NCBI GenBank assembly: GCA_043228905.1
Contig: JBHGNT010000004.1
Span: forward strand, 7,750,001-7,814,000
DNA: 64,000 bases
From: Azolla caroliniana
Lineage: Eukaryota; Plantae; Polypodiophyta
Direction: 5' to 3'
The notes below the pieces were generated by a model. It worked only from the letters and a program-made list of their open reading frames with translations. It ran no database searches and was not told the DNA's origin. Position numbers and translations under genes: made by a program. Every line of letters starts with the position of its first letter. The first letter of the stretch is position 1. Positions 28,401 through 41,073 of the stretch are shown here, piece by piece.

Positions 28401-28819
28401 GCAAAGACATCCTCCATCTCCATCGCATGGCCTTATGCAACCAGTTAACTAAAGATTTTCAATATCACTACACTCAAAATCGAAGAGACTCTAAAATGAA
28501 TTTATAGATTTTATATGTTTATGCATCATCTCTCAATTTGGGAAGGAAAATAGGAAAAAAGAAAAAACTAAACTTGGGAAGATAAAAAAGAGACATTATA
28601 AGGTTTACCACATTACAAATTTCATCATAGGAAAATGGAATGAGATATATTGGTAGGGCCTAGCATCTACATCAATAATGCTAGATCATGGCACCATGCG
28701 CATGTGTAAAGATATTATGGTTCAATCATGTCCCACTTCTAGTCAACTTCTAGTCACCCGATGAAGTCTAAGCAACTAAACATGAGATATTGATCTCAAA
28801 ACATATGATTATTTATTTT

Positions 28820-31800
28820 TCACGGTCCACCCCGAGGATTATCTCGACGCCGATTTTCTGAGGGGCGACGATTATTACCATATTGTTGATTATTCGTAAA
28901 TCGATTATTGTTGGGAGGCCTCCTCTCTGTCTGTGGTTCGTGTTGGTGCCGAGGTTCATAGTCATCATGGTAGTCGTAACGAGGCCGCTCAACTTCCTGA
29001 AAGCGAGGCGACTGGCAGAAGCGATCCTCATGTCGGAAGCGATCGTTACATGGTTCAATCTGTCGAACCGGAGCGGCGCCGCCATTTAGCATGTTGTACT
29101 CACATTGATCGAGAGTGTGAGCGCGGGAATGACAGATCAAGCAGTGCGATTGTAAGGTGCAGTCCACTGTCGAGTGTCCTGGGTTTAAGCAAGTGGTGCA
29201 TTGTACGGATTGCCGAAACTGAACATCGGTTTTCGGTAAGACGCTTTGTAGGGAGCCCATGGTAAGGACACGGTCGATGACTTGCTCAATTGTTTGTTGA
29301 GAAAAGTCAAGGAGCACCAACATGGTTTGGAGGGGCTCACGGAGAGCCGTGAGAAAGATCTCCTTCAGGTCATCGTCCGGGATTTGCCGAGCCAGCTGGT
29401 GGTATAAGTCTTGGAAGCGAATGGTGAATTGAGCAACCGTCTCTTGGGGCTCCTGGGAGATGGCGTAGAACTGACTCATTAGTTCTCGCATAGGGATCTG
29501 CCGATGAAAGAGACGAATGAATCTGTCCCGGAGTTCCTGGAAGGATGCAAACTTCCCTAAATCAAGATGAAAGTACCAATTTGCTGCTTGTCCGTCGAGA
29601 GACAAACCGAACTCCGCTATCTTTGATGTTTCGGCATCGGCCGCAGCCAGGGGCTGGAGCACATGGTTAGCTTGCCATGTGATGAGGAAAGTGTGAACAT
29701 GCGCTTCTGCATCAGCTCCATCAGTGTATCTAGGGTAGGGATACGGCTCTGGATTGATGTCATAATCCTCCGCTAGCAACGCACTTGATGGGAATTCTAA
29801 TCGAGGTAAATCAGGTGTCATTGGCAGATTGCGTAACAGCTTGCTACAATGCCGCATGCAGGATGCTACTTCATACTTGTCAGCAACCATAAGAACATCA
29901 AGAAGTCCTAATGCGGAAGTAGCTTGCAACCTTCCAGTGTAAATGAAATGCAGCATATCCATCAAAGCTGCTTCTTCTGCAATAGGAAACAGAGCAAACA
30001 TTCCTTCATAAGACTTAAAATAACATCCTAAACCCAAACACAACAAGGCATACCAGAAACTGTTGTTCGAAGGGTAACATCTCGTTGTTCTGATTCTCTC
30101 ATTCCATTTGAGAATAGCTATTAAATTATGTTAGCATACGATTGTTAGAATAAGATATTTCAATATGCCAAAAAGCTTCTTCAAAAATGCAATTGCCTTA
30201 CTTTGTAGAAAAAAGGGCTCTCTGCTGCAAGTATGGGAGAACTAATGTATAGCATTTTTACGCTCACAATTGTAGGTTCTGCTGCCCATGAGCTGGATCC
30301 AGATGCCACAGAGTCATCAACTGAGGAAAAGTTGCTACATATATCAGACATTGTACACATAGCCCTATATTATAAATCTAAAAAGTACTTTTATATTCTA
30401 GTGTTATGATGCATTTAACTCTCTTTTTTATCACCCTTCTCCTAAGATGCAAACCACCTTAATTGCAATTCATGAGTAGTCTTCAAACTCTCCATGCAAT
30501 CTAGGAATAAATTTTTATCATTCTTCCAATAATATACAGATCACGTTAACTACAGATGTAAATACATAAAATATCCATGTCTCCATCCAATAGAAGCTTT
30601 GCTGACTCCAAGATACAGACACCATATCCAACTTCTAGACTGACCTAGGAGTTCACTCTTACCAAACAAAATAAAAATAAACTCTGAAAAAGAAATGTGA
30701 TAATGAATGTAAAAACTCTGAAATGCACACCATATGCAACATTCATAAAACTGGAATAACTTTCACTAAGCATATGCGAGAAAACATGCATGAGTGCGAG
30801 CAAGTGATGTCAGATGAAGAAACTGATAGTACAACTTTTGCAAGCATGAAAAATTAAAATATAATAATTATTAAGAACTACTCCACATAGAAGAAACACT
30901 CTTATAAATGAACTTAATAACTGTGTATAAAGATTTAATCAATTCAAGCTACTGATAAATACTTCTTGTTGGACTTGAGAGCATTGCTACAGGAATAGAT
31001 GCTTCGCCTCTCACTGCCAAGGGCTCATCGTCTAAGCCATCAAACGGACCAACTTCATCCTCCTCTTGCTGACCAATCATCTGCTTTTCTTGCCTTTCTG
31101 TGTAATCGATATGAGTAGCCTCCACTGCTGCAAAAGAAATTAAACAAACAAAAAAAAGCATGATGATTGATGTTGGCAGGTATTTGTTCATAAAGATTTA
31201 TTTCAGGTTCTCAAGCGGTGATGCAGCCCTTTACAATGTTTTCCACGGTGCAATCTATAAGGTTTCCGTTATGATCTCAACAGGATATTGTCTTCCCAAA
31301 AAAGCTGTTATTTACGCAATCTGCAATGTCCTTTTATATCAGGATGTTTTGACAAAGCTTTTTCCTGATCGTTTCACGCGGAGTTCATTTCTAGCTTTTC
31401 CAGAATAGCTTTGACCACAAATAGAACGGTCATCCACAACGATGATGGAAAAAATAAGAGCTATTCAGGAAAACCTACTTTCAAGACATAAAGAGAGGAA
31501 CGAAAGGAAAAAAACAGGCTTGAAGAGCGAGAAGGATTAGATTAAGAGGTTTAAGTGGACGAAGAAGAAGAAGAAGAAGAAGAAGAAGAAGAAGAAGAAG
31601 AAGAAGAATACCTGCATTTCGCTTGGCTTCTTCTATTCTTCGTTTCATGTTCCTGGCCCAATCAGCGATGGCGGTGGCAGTGCCATCCTCGACGTTGAGG
31701 GTGGAAGGCTCAGCCATGACTTCGATTCGAAGCATCCGATCTGAGAAGTTGCTGTCGTTGAAGGCGAATTCGAAGTTAGACGGAGGCATGCGTCGGCCAC

Positions 31801-31822
31801 TGATCACACTCTCATGGTCCAT
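28820..31822 (-). CDS. Chimeric gene: POB1/LRB BTB domain (partial duplicate) fused in frame to Ty3/Gypsy Gag; predicted 571 aa, 5 exons
   Basis: Exons 31822-31612, 31127-30963, 30320-30202, 30117-30054, 29976-28820 total 1716 nt with all GT-AG sites retained. Similarity to the parent ends at ~29767 (LLAE). About 315 aa of Gag follow, similar to ORF 60311..61657, with knuckles [14 protein letters not shown] and [14 protein letters not shown]. Expression is unknown. Confidence 0.75.
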
Positions 31823-32770
31823 TCGCGGATCTCGCGGCGCCCGGATAGGCGTGTGAACAGCGTAACAGAGGCGGCGGCTGGACGGGCCGGACGAAGCAAC
31901 AATCACGGACAGAGACGGGGATGGAGAAGCAACAGAAAACAGCGAAAACAACAAAACAGAAAGAAGAAAGAAGGCGACAGGGAAAGACAGAGAAAGCAAA
32001 AAGAAGAAGAAGAGGAAGGAGAAGGGATCGTGAAAGAGAAGGACACAGAAGAAGAAGAAGAAGAAGAAGAAGCAGAGAAACTGACAGAGACAGACAAGAA
32101 GATCGACTGACAGGAAGAGAAAGACAGACAGAGAAAAGCGCGGGAAAAGAAAACGAATAATAATAAAAATAAATAAATAAATAATAAATACAGAGAAGAA
32201 AAAGAAAAAAGAGAAGGGCATCAAAGAAGATTTTAATAACAGGAGGGGGCGTAAACGACAAATTTTATAAGCATGGGGGTATATAATAACATTTTAAAAA
32301 CTCAAGGGCATCTTAGAAATTTGAAAATGCGAAACCACTTACGCAAAATCAACGAGAGGAAGAAAGAATACACATTACGCACAACGTTTTTGAGGACCCG
32401 AAGGACGATACCAAAGTTCGTGAACCGACAGAATGTTCATGTCGATGAAGAGTTGTTGACCGAATGAGATGTTCGAGTCAAGCGTTCCAATCGAGGGAGT
32501 CGATCGATGAGAAGACCGATGAAGTTTCCGGTCGATCAGAGATGATGTATGGAGAATTGAGTGTGATGAGTGAGGGTGAATAGACTTAATGTTGTTGTAT
32601 GTATGTGTAATATATACGATTATGAGTGTGAATGTAAGTGTGAGTGGACAGATAAGAAAATGTGTGAGTGAGTGATTAGTGTGAATGGCCAAGGGGGCTT
32701 GCACCCCTATGTATCTACCCCTCTTGATACTAATTAACCCCCTCATGGGGAATCAATGAAACATGAATAA

Positions 32771-32799
<29 letters not shown>

Positions 32800-32804
<5 letters not shown>

Positions 32805-33365
32805 AGGGATAGTTCTAGAGGCAAGGAGAATTATTACTAAAGATAGAGGAGAAGAATGAGGATTAGTACTAAGAAGGGAAAGAGTGTGTGAGAATCACAA
32901 GAGGGGAAGAGAGTGAAAGAGAATGATGACAACAATAAGTATATTATATTATATGAAGAAAGATACAAGAACAACTAGGAGGCTTAAGATTGGCGTTGAA
33001 CCGAATTGGTTCTTAATAATGTCACGTGCCTCTATTTATAGTACTGTTAGGAGTACTCCTGAAGTTTCTAGAATGTTCCAGAATAATCTGGATATACATG
33101 AATTTTCTATACTGAAATAATATATTTTGTATTACAATGCATGGTTTAATGGTAAGGTTTCAACCCTTGTAACACAAGGTCATGGGTCCAAATCCTTTTG
33201 GAGCCATATCATGACACTATCCCCCCCTTTAACACGCGAGCATTCTGGAAGTAGGCAAGATTCTTGTGATCACTAAATACAATGACTTGATGAGGAGATC
33301 CTTCTAAAAAATGCCTCCATTGTGCAAAAGAGTCGGACTCCACTATTGCTAATAGCTCATTGTCA
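32800..33365 (-). mobile_element. Chromovirus-type Gypsy remnant: RNase H fragment, PPT and 3' LTR
   Basis: [21 protein letters not shown], then PPT 33217-33230 and an LTR from 33216 leftwards that is similar to the LTR at 51327-51763. Confidence 0.75.
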
Positions 33366-34824
33366 TTGTCATTGTTCGCCAAAAGACACTTGGTCATCCC
33401 ATCTGCAACATTATCGGTTGTAGATATTTTCTCGAGAATGATTTCCCTAAAATGACGCAGTCCCGAACAAAGTGATATCGAACGTCGATAAACTTGGTGG
33501 CGTGTGATGAACCGGATTTTCAATAGAGCAACAACACCCTGACTGTCACTGTAGACAATTGGAGCTGAGTCGGAGTCGACTTGTCGAAACGTGTGCGCTA
33601 GCCGACTGAGCCATAAAGCCTCTTTCACTTAATCGGATGCGGCTACGTATTCAGCCTCGATTGTTGATGTGGCAGTGCACTCCTTAACTTTCAATTTCCA
33701 TGAAATTGCTCCATTGCTGAATTTGAAGCAATATCTGATGGTTGATTTTCGATTGTCCACACAACCAACGAAATTTGAATCTGTGTAACTGACTACGCCT
33801 GAGTTTTTGTTTGGAATGAAGAGGATGCCAAGGTCTTGTGTGCCCACTAGGTATCTGAATACATGCTTAACTGCATTCCAATGCGATCGGCCTGGGTTGT
33901 GCAGGAATCTACTGACGACTCCTACGACATGAGCAATGACAAGCCGTGTCGCGACCATTGCGTACATCAAGGAGCTGATTGTCGGTGCGTATGGTACCGA
34001 CTCCATATCTTCCCCCTTCGGACCGGATGTCAGCCAGTCTCGTTGAGATAGCCGAAGGTTATTGGGGAGAGGGGTCAAAGCAGATTTGGCTGATTGCATG
34101 TTGAAGCGCTCTAAGACACGTCTGATGTAGTCAGATTGAGACAGAAACAATTGTCGTCGATTCTGATTCCGACTTATCTTCATCCCAAGAATGTGTCTTG
34201 TTGGACCGGGGTCCTTCAGGGCAAACTTCAACCGCAGTTGCCAAATGAGTTCGGCGAGCTCTCTAGTATGCCGATCGGAGAATCGCATGTCATCCACGTA
34301 GATGATGAGGAAGATGGGTGACCCATCCATCTCGAGTTGTTTTTGTGAAGAGGCAGTGGTCGTCATCGCTCTTGGAGAATTCGACTGATTGGATGAAGTC
34401 GTCGAACTTCTTATACCACTGTCTCGGTGCCTACTTTAGGCCGTATAGCCCCTTCTTAAGTCAGTGGAATAGATGCTCTTGCCCGGATGGCACAAAAACT
34501 TTTGGTTGCTCCATATAAATTTCCTCCTCTAAGTCACCATGGAGGAAGGTAATCTTTACATCTAAATGTATAAGCTCCAAATCCTCGGTTGCCACAACGC
34601 CGAGCATAAGACGAAGGGTTGTCATTTTCAGTACTTGTGAGAATATTTCATCGAGATTGACACCATATTCCTGTCGAAACCCTTTCGCAACTAACTTGGC
34701 CTTGAATTTTGGGGTGGTGAATTGGATGTCATTTTTTATCTGCAAACCCACTTACATGGAAGAGCCTGTCAATTTCCCGGTAATTCAACCAAGTCCCAAG
34801 TCTTGTTTGCTCGAATGGAGTTCA

Positions 34825-37800
34825 TGTTAAGGACAGAAGAATCGATGCTACAAGGATACTACAAGGATGAGATCGACAAGCCTGAAAGTGTTACATATAC
34901 ACGATTGACAAGCTAAGGAGCTAGTATCATTAACTGGCGTTGTTCACCTTGAATTCATTCAAGGTGAACTCAAATATTTATACTAAGCGGCATGCATGCT
35001 TGTTGCATGCATGTGATACATTAGATCATGTATGTACGCATGCATGTGCCAAGTGTAAATAATACAATGGAGCAATTATGCTCATGATGGTAGCTTTAAG
35101 CTACAAGGAAGAATTATGCATATGATTGTATAATGGACATGTTGGTTAACAGATAACACTCGATTATAACACAACAGGTCACAAGTTTAGATCTTGACAT
35201 GACCGTTGTCATGTCCCTGACATTATCCCCCTTGTTTGGTGTCAAATTACAGGCGGCGCAGGCTTGTGTGGATAACGAAGATGGAAATCATGAACTGCCT
35301 TGGATGCATTCGTCAAATGGTGGTGAGGTTCCCAAGTAGCCTCAGATATCAAGTATCCTTTCCAACGTACCAAATAATAGAGTTTTTGACATAGAAACTT
35401 GGAGTCGAGTATTTCTTCAACTTCATACTCATTGCCAGACTCCAACTCGATGGGCAGTGGTTGAGCGGGTTGCCGCCCGGGAAGTACAGAGGGATGGTAA
35501 ACCTCCAAGAGAGATACATGAAAAATGTCATGGATGCAATAGTGGGGAGGAAGGTCGAGTCGATAGGCCACAAGATTGATACACTCGGAGATGCGGAAAG
35601 GGCCCAATTTTGTGTAATCTAGTTTGGCACATGGACGAGTGGTCGTAATATTGCACCATAGTAGCCAAACCATGTCACCTACTTGAAAGTTGGGTGTCGG
35701 AGCCTGTAGATGGTTGACTGTTGCATTTTGTTCGTCTTGCACATTAACAAGCTCAAGAGTTAGATCTTGGTGGATTTCTTTTAGACGATGTGCCTGTTCT
35801 TCAGCCGAGGGGTTCACCAAACTTGCGGGAAGGGATATGTTGAAGCGAGGTTGGAAACCAAATTTGGCAAAGAATAGGGATGTGCTGATGGATAAATGAA
35901 GGGTGTTATTATAAGCAAATTCAGCCAATGGGAGGAACATAGTCCAATCGTCTTGCCGGTAACTCACCACACATCGAAGATATTGCTGTAGTACTTGATT
36001 CATGCGTGAGAATATGGAAGAGACGTTTCCAAAAATGGGAAAATAAATGGGGCATCATGATCGAAGACAATGTCATCAGGCAACCCATGGAGGCGCACAA
36101 CATTCCCCAAGATTAGATTCGTTGTCGTTAAGCTTGAGATGGCTTTGGAACATGGTATAAATTGCGCCATTTTGGTAAATCGGTCCACGAAGACCAATAT
36201 GGAGTCATGTCCCGCAGAGAGTGGCAAGTCGATGATGAAGTCCATAGAAATGGATGACCACGGTCGATCCGGTAGTGGGAGAGGTCGAAGCAGTCTATAC
36301 GGGCGATGGTGGGTTGTTTTAGATTCGAGCACATATGTCACAAGTTTGTCATGAACATTGACTCAAAATTTAGCCTTAGGTTCTTGTGTATATATATTTC
36401 TCCTAGACAAAATTTAGACTTTAAACCTTTGTATAAAGAGTGGTATATAAGACTGAGTATGTAAGACTTGGCATGCAAGAATTAGTATGCTTGATATTAT
36501 AGTATGTAAGACTTGGCATGAACATGCTTATCATGCATCACTACATGTATAAAAAGGGTTGATCTCCCTTGTTAACATCAAGGAAATCAATTTGTCACGG
36601 ATGGACAGTTGGAAGATAAAAAGATGGGGAAGTTGATGAGACAGAGAGATGGAGAAGTTAATGACAATGAGTAAGAATAATTTGTCACGGATGAACAATT
36701 GGAAGATAAAAAGATGGGGAAGTTGATGAGACAGAGAGATGGAGAAGTTGATGACAATGAGTAAGAATATCTATTGCATGATTGGTGACTTCGTGTTGCG
36801 GCGACCAAGGTGGATGGATCCAATGAGGACGTTCCACTTGTCGAAACTCAAAGAGATGGTTATCGTAGCGCACAACTTGGGAAATAGCCTCATTCAAAGA
36901 TGTGGGCTCAGGAAAGTTAAGCAAAAGATTTTTTTATCTCACCTCGTAATCCTCGACGGAATTGATCAAGGAGGGCTTGTCCATCCCATTCGACATTGCA
37001 CGCGAGCTGATGAAATTCAAATGCATAGATTGATGCCGCATGTTCTCCTTGTTGTAATGCATATAGTTTGTTGAGTGCAACTCATCGTTTGTCGGTCTCC
37101 CCGGAAGTTGCTTCAAATTAGGTGAGAAATGCTTGGAAGCTGGTCAAGAGGGGTGAAGAGGTCTCCACTAGAGGGGCAAACCAAGCTTGGGCTTATCCTG
37201 TCAGCAATGTGCCGATGAGCCTGACTCGTTGAAAGTCATCAAAACAGTGTTGGGGCTGAAGGCGAATAATAAGGCGGATCTGGTTGATGAAGCCGCTTAA
37301 CTGTGACCTTAGTCCATCGAATTTATCTGACAAGCAAACATTAGGTTCTGTTGTAGAAGGGTCAATAATTGGGTGACGTATGACCGTTGTGGCTGCCTGA
37401 AGTTTTTGGATAGAGTTTTACAAGTTGGCATTCTCATGTTGGAGTTGTTGCAGGACCTCCAAAATTTGCTCAAGGTTATTAGATGATTCTGACATGATAG
37501 TGTATTGAGAAAGAAGAAAAAGAAGGAAGGAAATCAATCTGTCACGGATGAACAATTGGAAGATAAAAAGATGGGGAAGTTGATGAGATAGAGAGATGGA
37601 GAAGTTGATGACAATGAGTAAGAATATCTATTCCATGACTGGTGACTTCGTGTAGCGGCTGGCCAAGGTGGATGAATCCGGTGAGGACGTTCCTCTTGCT
37701 GCACTCAACAAACTATATGCATTACAACAAGGAGAACGTGCGGCATCAATATATGCATATGTCAAACCAAAGCAAGAGATTGAACGATTGAAGGAAGGTA

Positions 37801-38290
37801 TAAGAGAATAGAAGAAGAGAGGAGAATGGATTGATAAGAGAAGAGTGGATTTACTAGAATAGAATGAGTACAAGGATGAGATGGATACAAGGTAGGCTTG
37901 GAGCTGAAGACTGATGTTGATTCGAACTGATTTGATATGATCTATTTGTCTCTATTTATAGGTTTCTATAGAATAACTTAGAGATTTCTAGAATGTTCTG
38001 GACCTAGAATATTCTAGGATGTTCCAGAAGATTTCTAGAATGTTCTAGAAAGTTCTAGAAGTTTCTTTGATGCAATAATCACTATGAAAAGTAGCCTTTA
38101 TCATTTCACGTCTTGATAGGTTACCTTAATGGTTAGGCTTCAAATTTCGTAATAGTACGAAGTCCTGGGTTCAAGTCCAGGTGAAGCATAATGTTCACGG
38201 ATTCATGACACAATCCCTCCTCTTAAAACGACGAGTGGAAGGAGTTGTTAACAATGCAGGATCGGGTTTGTTGGGATAGTGACAAGAGGA
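34825..38290 (-). mobile_element. Composite chromovirus (Tcn1/Tf1-like) Gypsy fragments: LTRs, gag, integrase plus chromodomain
   Basis: LTR 34825-35222 with PPT. INT/chromodomain ORFs 36000..36341 and 35242..36003 (YEVEEIL..YLVRWKGY..TWEP). Gag from ~37495. A different LTR at 37540-38210 has its own PPT and a chromodomain tail to its right. Confidence 0.8.
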
Positions 38291-38429
38291 TACCAGATTC
38301 GTGCGTTTGTTTTTTAAGAATTAACGGAAATGAGAAAGTTTGATAATTTTCATTAACAAAGAAAATAAAAATTACAATCTATCCCAAGGTTGGGATTACA
38401 GAAGTTTAGGCTTAAAGAGATAAATAGAT

Positions 38430-38585
38430 AAGAAAAATTAGGTTTTTCGAGAGATATGGTTTTCGTAAGGAAAATTAGGGTTTTTCGAGAGATATGGCTT
38501 TCGTAAAGAAAATTAGGGTTTATCAAGAGATATGGCTTCTGTAAGGAAAATTAGGGTTTTCCGAGAGATGGTTTCTATAAGAAAA
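38430..38585. repeat. Tandem ~39-bp repeats (GAAAATTAGGGTTTTTCGAGAGATATGGCTTTCGTAAG-like, ~4 copies)
   Basis: Directly visible diverged copies. Confidence 0.8.
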
Positions 38586-38967
38586 AAATAAAAATAGGGT
38601 TAGGGTTTTCTGTGATAGATTTTTCCTTCCCCTCTATGAGAAAAAAAATTGCGTCTCTCCTTTTCTAGGATTCCGGGTTTTTTTTCTTTTATTCACACTT
38701 CCATTGCATGTTACCACTCACACTTGCATGAAGGAACTCCAGTTTGTATCTCTAGTTCAATTGCATGCGTCCACATGACCTTTACTTTAGTTACATGGCC
38801 TCTACGTTCAGTTGCATGCGTCTACACATGACATTTACTTTAGTCACAAAAACGTAAAGTTCGGCCCGTGCATGATCCGTACGGTCATCTCGACAGACCC
38901 GCGACCGATCTGTGCGTTCCGTTCCGGACATTACGAACCGTTCCAAAATCATTTTGAGCAATTCATC

Positions 38968-39884
38968 CACACTCATTTGTCTAGGACGTTTGGCCACATC
39001 CGTCCATCAGAAAGTTCGGCAAAGATCAACCTGATTGTTTTGTACTCCCAACACACATACAAAGTAATGGGTTCTGCGTCTACTTCTGTTTCCCCATCTT
39101 CTCAAACTTCATATTCACATAACTTGATACTTAGTTGTCCGTTTCATATGTAGTAAAATGCGTTCGGAAGCTCTTGAACACGTTCATCTTTTCATACCAA
39201 GCCGTTAAGCTAATCTAAAATAATTATTTCATTATTTTTCATATCATGTGTGAAGAACCACATGACACCGCTCGACAATAATTCTAGTCTGCTCCGGACT
39301 ATAGGGTGCCATATATTCACATCGAATGCCGCGCTATCAGCAAAATCTGATGAATTCTTCAGACTTAAACTCTCCTGCATTGTCAGTCCAAAGTCATTTC
39401 AACTTTCAACTAGACTGGTTCTCTACACTCATTTGTCTAGGACGTTTGGCCGCAACTGTCCATCAGAAAGTTCGGCAAAGATCAACTTGACCGTTTTGTA
39501 CTCCCAACACACACATACAAAGTAATGGGTTCTGCTATCCTACTTCTGTTTCCCCCATCTTCTCAAACTTCATATTCACATAACTTGATACTTAGTTGTC
39601 TGTTTCATATGTAGTAAAATGCATTCGGAAGCTCTTGAACACATTCATCTTTTCATACTAAGCAATTAAGCTAATCTAAAATAATTATTTCATTATTTTT
39701 CATATCGTGTGTGAAGAACCACATGACACCGCCCGACAATTCTAGTCTGCTCCGGAGTATAGGGTGCCATACATTCACATCGAATGCTGCACTATCGGCA
39801 AAATTTGACGAATTCTTCAGACTTGAACTCTCCTCCATTGTCAGTTCGAAGACATTTCAACTTTCAACTAGATTGGTTCTCTAC
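38968..39884. repeat. Tandem duplication of a ~458-bp unit spanning a Copia integrase/LTR-fragment junction
   Basis: Units ~38968-39425 and ~39426-39884 both start ACACTCATTTGTCTAGGACG and end GGTTCTCTAC. Confidence 0.9.
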
Positions 39885-41073
39885 CATAGTGAGCCATTTG
39901 GAAAAAATCGAGAACACTCGATCTTTGGTTTTGATCGGATAAGCCTACACCTTGCGAGTCGAGTCGTCGATAAAGCCGACAAAGTACAGAGCATCGCCGA
40001 GAGACTGATATGGCATAGGACCACAGATGTCCAAGTGGACCAAATCAAGTGTACTCGATTCTCTCGGTGTTGATGTCAGTATGATGCGGCTATTTGTTTG
40101 CCATACTGGCAATGCTTGCATAACTGATGATCGGAGAAGGAGAGTTTCGGGATGTACCTGGCTCTAGATAGATGCGTGATGTTGGCCTTGCTGAGGTGTC
40201 TCAGTCGTCCATGCCATAGTGATGACACAGGAATGTCAACCAGGAACAAGTCACCTTCTCTGAGTGTGACGTATAACGGGTACCACGAATGTACTTTCGG
40301 TCCTCGAGCAAGCATGAGGTTCCCCCTGTGGAATGTCCACCCTCCTATGAGAAGCCGACACAGATGTTGTCTTCATCAAGTTGTCTGACTGAGATCGATG
40401 GATTTGAGAGCTCAGCTACATGTTGGACATTGTGTAGTATCAATGTAAAGCCACCCTGAAGGTTGAGCTCTACTGTGTTGATTCCAATTATGGCGCAGTG
40501 TTGTGAAATTTCAACTCATACCGAGTTAGAGTGTCAGATCGAATATTGCCGAAATTGAGATCCGTGAGGGGTCACATGATAAGACGTACCCGAATCCAAG
40601 AGCCATGTGCTCAATTCCTTAGTCGTACGCAGAACTTCTGATTCGACTAGGTTCTTAATGGATAATATGTTCGGGTCGTTCGACCGTACTTCGACTGAAG
40701 AGCCAACATAATTGACCTCATGCCGGCCACTCTTCTGATCCGCTCGCTAAGCTTTGTCGTTTTTGGCTTTGAGTGCACAACAATCGGCTTTGATGTGTCC
40801 AGGTTTCTTGCAATAATTGCAAACTTGATTATCCAAGGATTTGCTCCGATTTTGGTTCGGTTTTTGGGAAGAGATTCTTTCTCGATTGTTCGATCAATCA
40901 ATCGAACCTTGTACTACATAAGCACCGTTGGTCGAATCATTTACAAATGATTATCTCTGAGCTGCTTCAGTCAGAATTGCACTCGTGACTGAGGAGTATT
41001 TAACGACAACAGTCAACGCATTGCACACAATAGTGATGAAAGTTTCCCACGAAGGGGGGAGACTACTCATGAG

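Noticed and set aside
33135-33206. LTR tRNA-like cassettes as true tRNA genes
   Set aside because: Acceptor and anticodon stems do not fold convincingly and only the A/B boxes and T-arm are retained, so they are reported as motifs.
38430-38610. TTAGGG-containing repeats as interstitial telomere or CRISPR-like array
   Set aside because: The units are ~39-bp degenerate tandem repeats without unique spacers, not (TTTAGGG)n, and the context is eukaryotic.
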